From: Okeania sp.
GTDB taxonomy: Bacteria; Cyanobacteriota; Cyanobacteriia; Cyanobacteriales; Microcoleaceae
Assembly (NCBI RefSeq): GCF_035285525.1
Contig: NZ_JAYKGW010000257.1
Coordinates: 1 to 32,000, forward strand
Direction of reading: 5' to 3'
DNA: 32,000 bases
The notes beneath the pieces are model-generated. The model saw only the letters and a program-made list of their open reading frames with translations. It searched no databases and was not told the origin of the DNA. Below, in pieces: positions 26,986 to 32,000 of the stretch (its first letter is position 1; each line of letters opens with the position of its first letter). Both the position numbers and the translations under genes were made by a program.

Positions 26986-27372
26986 TTAATTGTTCTTCTT
27001 GTAAAGTTTCGATAGCATAAGCGCCCCCGAAGTATAGCTAAATTTAACATCAAAAACAGTTGACTCATGAACTTCTACAATTGTTCCGACCTGTCCCCTA
27101 TATAATCCTAATTGGGGTAAGTCTTCTAGTAAAGCAACTATATCTAAGAGTTTAAATTTAAGGTTTTGCTTATTTTCATATTCATCTATTTTTTGAGATA
27201 AACTTTCTACAGTTTCGTTTTCTTGTAGTTGATTTTTGAAAGCTAAATAATCACCTTTTCCTAAATTAACAGTTGCTACAAAGCGCCAAAAATCTATAGG
27301 GGGTAATTGCTTTTGTAAAATAAGTAAAACTTTTTCGATTAATTGTTGATTTTCAGGTATTTTAATTGTCAT
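26986..27372 (-). CDS. Fusion of an antitoxin-like N-terminal domain with a DUF4926-like C-terminal domain (128 aa as tracked). The 3' end may be frameshifted.
   Basis: The C-terminal half FKLLDIVALLEDLPQLGLYRGQVGTIVEVHESTVFDVKF resembles DUF4926 proteins. The N-terminal half (LPPIDFWRFVATVNLGKGDYLAFKNQL) resembles small cyanobacterial proteins that pair with PIN toxins. After the G5 run (C5 at 27024-27028 on the plus strand) the +2 (equivalently -1) frame, restored by adding one G, reads AYAIETLQEEQLMLLHNSPVEPEKLTTNAS and stops at 26930-26932. Confidence 0.55.
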   Translation of the reverse strand: MTIKIPENQQLIEKVLLILQKQLPPIDFWRFVATVNLGKGDYLAFKNQLQENETVESLSQKIDEYENKQNLKFKLLDIVALLEDLPQLGLYRGQVGTIVEVHESTVFDVKFSYTSGALMLSKLYKKNN

Positions 27373-27421
27373 TTTTCACCTCAGCTATAAAATTAATAGA
27401 ATTAACAGTTTTAATGGTTGA

Positions 27422-27800
27422 TCAAGTTTGAAAACGATTAATTAATTGTTTATCGCCAGTTATAAAATACTCAGAATTTGCTAATTATACACTAGGAACG
27501 TGGAGAACATCAAAGGTTTTAATTCCTTGACTTTCTAAATATTTAGCTCTTTTTTATACTTCTTTTGTTTTGGTTTTTTTTATATTAGCCATTTGCTGAA
27601 AGACTATCATGTTCTGTTTTTGATTTAATTTAGGATGACAGCTATTTTCATAGTCAAGAATACTTGAGTTAACTAACTCAATTTCTTGATTTTTAATCAT
27701 TCCTAAAATCAACAGCTTCAGTTTCTCAGGCGATTTTATTTTGTGTTTGGTCATCAAAAGGACGATGATAAAAACTGGTATCTAAATAAACTCTAATCAC
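27422..27800 (-). pseudogene. Decayed PIN-domain (VapC-like) toxin gene with at least one frameshift and two in-frame stops
   Basis: The minus strand from 27800 reads VIRVYLDTSFYHRPFDDQTQNKIA, then a stop. One frame over it reads (S)PEKLKLLILGMIKNQEIELVNSSILDYENSCHP... with a stop at 27554-27556. It then reads KRAKYLESQGIKTFDVLHVPSV with a stop at 27485-27487, then LANSEYFITGDKQLINRFQT and a final stop at 27422-27424. The YLDTS, DVLH and ITGD segments match the acidic-residue positions of PIN domains. Confidence 0.65.
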
Positions 27801-27877
27801 ATCATACTATAGTCCTATTAATTATACAGTAAGCTGATTGATGACCTCCTTTAACAATTTTTATCAGGACTCAAAAT

Positions 27878-27894
27878 AGTAGGGACTCCCTACT
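27878..27894 (-). terminator. Palindromic hairpin AGTAGGGACTCCCTACT downstream of the lectin-RTX gene
   Basis: An 8-bp palindrome arm pair lies about 120 nt after the stop at 28016. On the minus strand it is followed by ATTTTGAG, a weak U-tract. Confidence 0.3.
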
Positions 27895-28015
27895 GTGGTA
27901 TGCCAAAATTAAAAGTTTTGTAAGGTAAGAGTTAACAGCTATTAACTCCTACAAATGGTTGATAATTTTGTCATTTTTTGGCAAAACCAGATTTCTTAAT
28001 TACCACAAATCCCAA

Positions 28016-29137
28016 TTAGGAAAATTCATCTAAAATGAAATCCTCTGCGCTAATACTTGGCGCACCTTTCAAAGTAGCTATTTTGTTGCCACCGCCCAAA
28101 CCAGGTAGGGCACCGTTGGCATTATAATATAAATCTCCAGTGGAGCGAACGTAAACGATATCTGCTACAGAACCAGCAACGGCTTTTTTGTTTTTTACTG
28201 ATGCAAATTCTCGCTCAATACTAAATCCTTTTCCTACTTCACTACCAAGAGTGATAAAAGTATCTGTATTGAGAACAATATTGTCAACATTGGGTCGAAA
28301 ATCTGTGATAGTATCAACGCCCAAGTCTTCTCTCCTGTAAGCTCTGTTGCTGCCTATCAGAAAATCATCTGCACCGCCACCACCTGTTAATGTATCGTTT
28401 CCGGCGCCACCGAATAGTTCGTCAGCACCACCACGACCGATTAAAGTATCGTTACCGTTTCCGCCATTGATTCTCTCAGCTTGATTAGTTCCTCGGAGTC
28501 GGTTGTTTTCATTATCACCGTTCATAGTTCTATTGGGGCCTGGATCAGAACTGGAAAACTCCCATTCCAGAAGAGCTAGACTGTTTCTATAATCATAACC
28601 ACCGAAGCCAACATAAGCCTTGTTACCGATAATACCTTCAATATCGACTTTTGTAGACAACAAAGGATTTTTAGGTTTAGTAGTCGTGGTAGATGTAAAA
28701 ACTTTTAGTCGATCATTCTTGCTCTTATATTCAATCCAAACATTAATCTCTTCATCGCGCTCTAAGTCTAAATCGTCAGGTTGAACTGAAACTAAAGGTA
28801 TAGGACTACCGTTGGTATTAATTAAAATACCCTGTAAACTGTCTAATTCTACAGCTACACTTGATAAAATTCCTACGCCACTATCAAAAGAGTGAGTTGC
28901 TACAGCAATATCTTCTCTTGGATCGTCATGTAGTATGAATGTTAAACCAGTGTTTTGTCCTACTTGATATCGAAAATTGGTTTCAAAAGAAGTATCTTCA
29001 TCAAACCTAATTTGTTCAGAAAAAAAGGCACTACCTTTATTTTGATCGTTAGCATCAAACTCTAAAGTCTGGCCTATTCTAGCTGCTCCTTCATTAAAAG
29101 TAAACTCGAAAAAGTTGTTAGAACTTAATTTAACCAT
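28016..29137 (-). CDS. Secreted L-type (legume-like) lectin domain protein with RTX calcium-binding nonapeptide repeats (373 aa)
   Basis: The N-terminal half has a legume-lectin-like pattern (KGSAFFSEQIRFDEDTSFETNFRYQV...GLTFILHDDP...SVAVELDS). The C-terminal half has GGNGNDTLIGRGGADELFGGAGNDTLTGGGGADDF nonapeptides and a cyanobacterial RTX tail (DTITDF...ADIVYVRSTGDLYYNANG...ATLKGAPSISAEDF). No N-terminal signal peptide is evident, which fits a type I secretion substrate. Confidence 0.75.
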   Translation of the reverse strand: MVKLSSNNFFEFTFNEGAARIGQTLEFDANDQNKGSAFFSEQIRFDEDTSFETNFRYQVGQNTGLTFILHDDPREDIAVATHSFDSGVGILSSVAVELDSLQGILINTNGSPIPLVSVQPDDLDLERDEEINVWIEYKSKNDRLKVFTSTTTTKPKNPLLSTKVDIEGIIGNKAYVGFGGYDYRNSLALLEWEFSSSDPGPNRTMNGDNENNRLRGTNQAERINGGNGNDTLIGRGGADELFGGAGNDTLTGGGGADDFLIGSNRAYRREDLGVDTITDFRPNVDNIVLNTDTFITLGSEVGKGFSIEREFASVKNKKAVAGSVADIVYVRSTGDLYYNANGALPGLGGGNKIATLKGAPSISAEDFILDEFS

Positions 29138-29243
29138 AATTACCTTGACTGCAATGAATTAAATATTCAGAAGTTGGACTTCAATTCAAATCTTCGGTTC
29201 AATTATAACAATTATTCTGTTCTGTCAACAAATATAATCAATG

Positions 29244-29380
29244 ATATCATGTCCGTTAGCATCGGATTTTTCGGGCACCGTGCGTGTATAAAATCAAGCT
29301 AAGAATAGCAGAAAAGCTTCTGCCTTCAGAATAGCTGCCTTCCTTCCTCCAAAATGTAACTATTCAACCGGACATGATAT
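29244..29380. repeat. 137-bp element bounded by perfect 12-bp inverted repeats ATATCATGTCCG / CGGACATGATAT
   Basis: Read directly at 29244-29255 and 29369-29380. The interior contains the hairpin GCAGAAAAGCTTCTGC and the direct repeat GAATAGC x2. It lies 107-243 bp upstream of the lectin-RTX start codon. Confidence 0.5.
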
Positions 29381-29581
29381 GACCTCTAGTCATCTCTACC
29401 TTTTATTTATCAATCTCCTAATTTCCCATTCCCCTCCAAGGAGGGGTGTCAGCATTTTTACACGGATATATAGCAACCGACAAGGCGATTAGGACATGGA
29501 CTAATGATGAATCTTAGAGAGCGGAAAGACTTGAACAACTGTTCCCTGTTCCCAGTTAAGTGTTCCCTGCTATAACTACAT

Positions 29582-29669
29582 AGGACTTACGCATGAACGC
29601 TATTGGTAGGGTGCGTTAGCCGTAGCGTAACGCACCAAGACTCCATATATAGACCTTTGCGTAAATCCT
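29582..29669. mobile_element. Complete short-core MITE of the AGGACTTACGCA family
   Basis: AGGACTTACGCATGAACGCTATTGGTAGGGTGCGTTAGCCGTAGCGTAACGCACCAAGACTCCATATATAGACCTTTGCGTAAATCCT. It lies 82 bp downstream of the clpC stop on the minus strand. Confidence 0.8.
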
Positions 29670-29750
29670 GCTACAAAACGGCAGAAAGCATAAACCCTCC
29701 ACCGTCTTAACCATTAAATATTTACTTCCGTTCCCGAAAGAAACTAAATC

Positions 29751-32000
29751 CTATTCAGCAACTTGAGGTACTAACTCTCGCTTCTCCTTTTCTTCCTCTT
29801 CACCCTTAGAAACGGTAATCTGACCATCTTCTCCAACATCAACCACAGCAGTATCGCCATCATTGATCTTGCCAGCCAAAATTTCCTCAGCTAAACTATC
29901 CTCAAGCAAACGCATAATCGCTCGACGCAAAGGACGCGCACCATAACTAGGATTATAACCTTCTTCAACCAACCGCTCCTGGAAGCGCTCAGTAATCTCT
30001 AACTTAATACCCTTCTCTGTCAAACGACTAAACACTTCTTTCAGCAGAATAACAGAAATTTCCTTCACCTCTTCCTTACTCAACTGACGGAACACAATAA
30101 TCTCATCCAAACGGTTCAAGAACTCAGGACGGAAATACTGTTTCAACTCCTCATTCACCAGATTGCGAATCCGGTTATACTGAGCATCAGCTTCATTGTC
30201 TGAGAACTCGAAACCAAGACCACCGCCTCCTTTTTCGATTACCTTAGAACCGATATTAGAAGTCATAATAATCAAGGTATTCTTGAAGTCAACTGTTCTT
30301 CCTTTAGCATCAGTCAAACGACCATCTTCCAAAATTTGCAACAGCATATTGAATACATCAGGGTGTGCTTTTTCAATTTCATCAAACAACACCACAGTAT
30401 AAGGACGACGACGAACCGCCTCCGTTAACTGACCACCCTCATTATAACCAACATAACCAGGAGGAGAACCAATCAACTTAGAAACAGTATGACGTTCCAT
30501 ATATTCCGACATATCCAATCGGATCATCGCTTCCTCAGAACCAAAGAAATATGCAGCCAAAGCCTTAGTCAACTCAGTCTTACCAACACCAGTCGGTCCT
30601 GAGAACACAAAACTAGCAATCGGACGGTTAGGATTTTTCAATCCCACTCTAGCGCGACGAATAGCACGAGACACTGCCTTCACAGCATCCTCCTGACCAA
30701 TCAAACGTTGGTGTAAAGTATCCTCCATGTGCAGCAGTTTCTCAGACTCAGACTCAGTTAACTTATTCACCGGAACCCCAGTCCAACTTGCCACAATATG
30801 AGCAATATCCTCCTCAGTTACCATTGGAGAATCATTTTCATTAGTGGAGTCGAGCTTCTTATTTTGAGCTAAAGAACGGATCTCCGATTTGATTTCCATT
30901 TCGCGATCGCGCAACTCACCCGCTTTATCAAAATCCTGAGAACGCACCGCCTCATCCTTATCTTTCAAAAGTTGACGTAACTCCTTATCCAACTCCTTAG
31001 CTGCGGGTGGCAACTGAGAATTAATCAACCGCACACGGGAACCAGCTTCATCTATTAAGTCAATAGCTTTATCTGGCAAATAGCGATCGCTAATATAACG
31101 GTCTGATAACTTAGCCGCAGCTTCCAGAGCAGTATCCAAAATTTTCAACTTATGGTGTTGCTCGTAACGTTCCCTCAAACCGTACAATATCTCAATAGTT
31201 TCATCAACAGAAGGTTCACCCACCATCACTGGTTGAAAACGACGTTCCAGAGCTGCATCTCGTTCAATATGTTTCCGATACTCATCTAGGGTAGTCGCCC
31301 CTATGCACTGTAACTCCCCACGGGCTAAAGCAGGTTTCAAAATATTGGCTGCATCAATGGCCCCTTCCGCAGCACCAGCTCCAATTAAAGTATGGACCTC
31401 ATCAATAACTAGAATAACATTACCCGCAGAGCGAATTTCGTCCATAATTTTCTTGAGACGTTCTTCAAACTCACCCCGGTATTTAGTACCAGCCACCAAA
31501 AGGCCAATGTCCAGAGTTACCACCCGCTTTTCTTCTAAAATATCTGGGATATCATTATTAGCAATGCGTTGTGCCAAACCTTCAGCGATCGCCGTTTTAC
31601 CGACACCAGGTTCCCCGATCAAAACTGGATTATTTTTAGTTCTACGGCCGAGAATTTGAATTACCCTTTCAATTTCGGTTTGTCTTCCCACCACTGGGTC
31701 TAACTTACCTTCAGATGCCATTTGAGTCAGATTTGAACCAAACTCATCCAGGGTCGGAGTTTTTGTCCGACCACCCCCACCACCAGCTGTCACCTCTGCT
31801 GTTTCACCCAAAATTCTAATTACTTGAGTGCGGACTTTTGAGAGGTCTACGCCCAAATTTTCTAGAACTCTGGCAGCTACTCCTTCTCCTTCTCGGATTA
31901 AACCCAAAAGTAAATGCTCTGTACCAATATAGTTATGTCCTAATTGCCGTGCTTCCTCTAGAGATAATTCTAAAACCCTTTTAGCTCTAGGAGTAAATGG
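29751..32000 (-). CDS. clpC: ATP-dependent Clp protease ATP-binding subunit ClpC, with the 5' end outside the window
   Basis: There are two AAA+ modules ([32 protein letters not shown]), a UVR-like middle region and a ClpB_D2-small tail. The frame stays open upstream of the tracked M at 31907 ([46 protein letters not shown] is the second Clp_N repeat), so the gene continues past 32000. Confidence 0.95.
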   Translation of the reverse strand, partial: PFTPRAKRVLELSLEEARQLGHNYIGTEHLLLGLIREGEGVAARVLENLGVDLSKVRTQVIRILGETAEVTAGGGGGRTKTPTLDEFGSNLTQMASEGKLDPVVGRQTEIERVIQILGRRTKNNPVLIGEPGVGKTAIAEGLAQRIANNDIPDILEEKRVVTLDIGLLVAGTKYRGEFEERLKKIMDEIRSAGNVILVIDEVHTLIGAGAAEGAIDAANILKPALARGELQCIGATTLDEYRKHIERDAALERRFQPVMVGEPSVDETIEILYGLRERYEQHHKLKILDTALEAAAKLSDRYISDRYLPDKAIDLIDEAGSRVRLINSQLPPAAKELDKELRQLLKDKDEAVRSQDFDKAGELRDREMEIKSEIRSLAQNKKLDSTNENDSPMVTEEDIAHIVASWTGVPVNKLTESESEKLLHMEDTLHQRLIGQEDAVKAVSRAIRRARVGLKNPNRPIASFVFSGPTGVGKTELTKALAAYFFGSEEAMIRLDMSEYMERHTVSKLIGSPPGYVGYNEGGQLTEAVRRRPYTVVLFDEIEKAHPDVFNMLLQILEDGRLTDAKGRTVDFKNTLIIMTSNIGSKVIEKGGGGLGFEFSDNEADAQYNRIRNLVNEELKQYFRPEFLNRLDEIIVFRQLSKEEVKEISVILLKEVFSRLTEKGIKLEITERFQERLVEEGYNPSYGARPLRRAIMRLLEDSLAEEILAGKINDGDTAVVDVGEDGQITVSKGEEEEKEKRELVPQVAE

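Noticed and set aside
1-32000. A TpsB (ShlB/FhaC) partner, T1SS genes, transposases, and tRNA or rRNA genes.
   Set aside because: None of the tracked ORFs shows POTRA/Omp85, ABC-exporter or DDE/serine-recombinase motifs. I saw no tRNA-like T-arm (GGTTCGAATCC-type) or rRNA segments. Absence is stated only for this window.

Overview
This is an AT-rich cyanobacterial chromosomal window, probably from a filamentous Nostocales-type organism. That assignment is an inference from several signals: many HIP1 octamers GCGATCGC (e.g. 7452-7459, 9738-9745, 30903-30910), heptamer/octamer short tandem repeats in spacers, a cyAbrB-type regulator, a Uma2 gene, and a dense family of AGGACTTACGCA...TGCGTAAGTCCT miniature inverted-repeat elements (MITEs).

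Housekeeping genes, left to right: glcD (+), an Old-Yellow-Enzyme flavin reductase (+), rplU-rpmA (+), cobL (-), a 2H-phosphoesterase-like gene (-), holA (+), a cyAbrB regulator (-), and clpC (-, runs off the right edge).

Accessory or unusual content:
(1) A roughly 8.7-kb gene (17604-26327, minus) encodes a ~2900-aa protein with a signal peptide, a two-partner-secretion (TPS/haemagglutinin-activity) domain, about 2000 aa of degenerate GGNITL-type beta-helix repeats, five near-identical 24-aa tandem repeats, and a C-terminal CHAT (caspase-like) domain with an intact His/Cys dyad. The window contains no TpsB transporter and no downstream immunity-like ORF.
(2) An array of four MITEs lies directly upstream of that gene, and small G/C-rich palindromes are embedded in-frame inside it.
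(3) A remnant toxin-antitoxin locus holds a decayed PIN toxin pseudogene next to an antitoxin-like/DUF4926 fusion gene that may carry a frameshift in a G5 run.
(4) A secreted lectin-plus-RTX protein is present.
(5) A minus-strand three-gene cluster (sulfotransferase-like, DUF3326-like, SAM-methyltransferase-like) of unknown function is bounded by MITEs.
(6) A ~90-bp tandem repeat array and matching terminator-like hairpins bracket glcD.
(7) A Uma2 gene is inactivated by a single nonsense codon.
(8) A 1.6-kb stretch has no ORF.

No tRNA, rRNA or CRISPR array was recognised. All domain calls come from reading the translated ORFs by eye. No database search was run.
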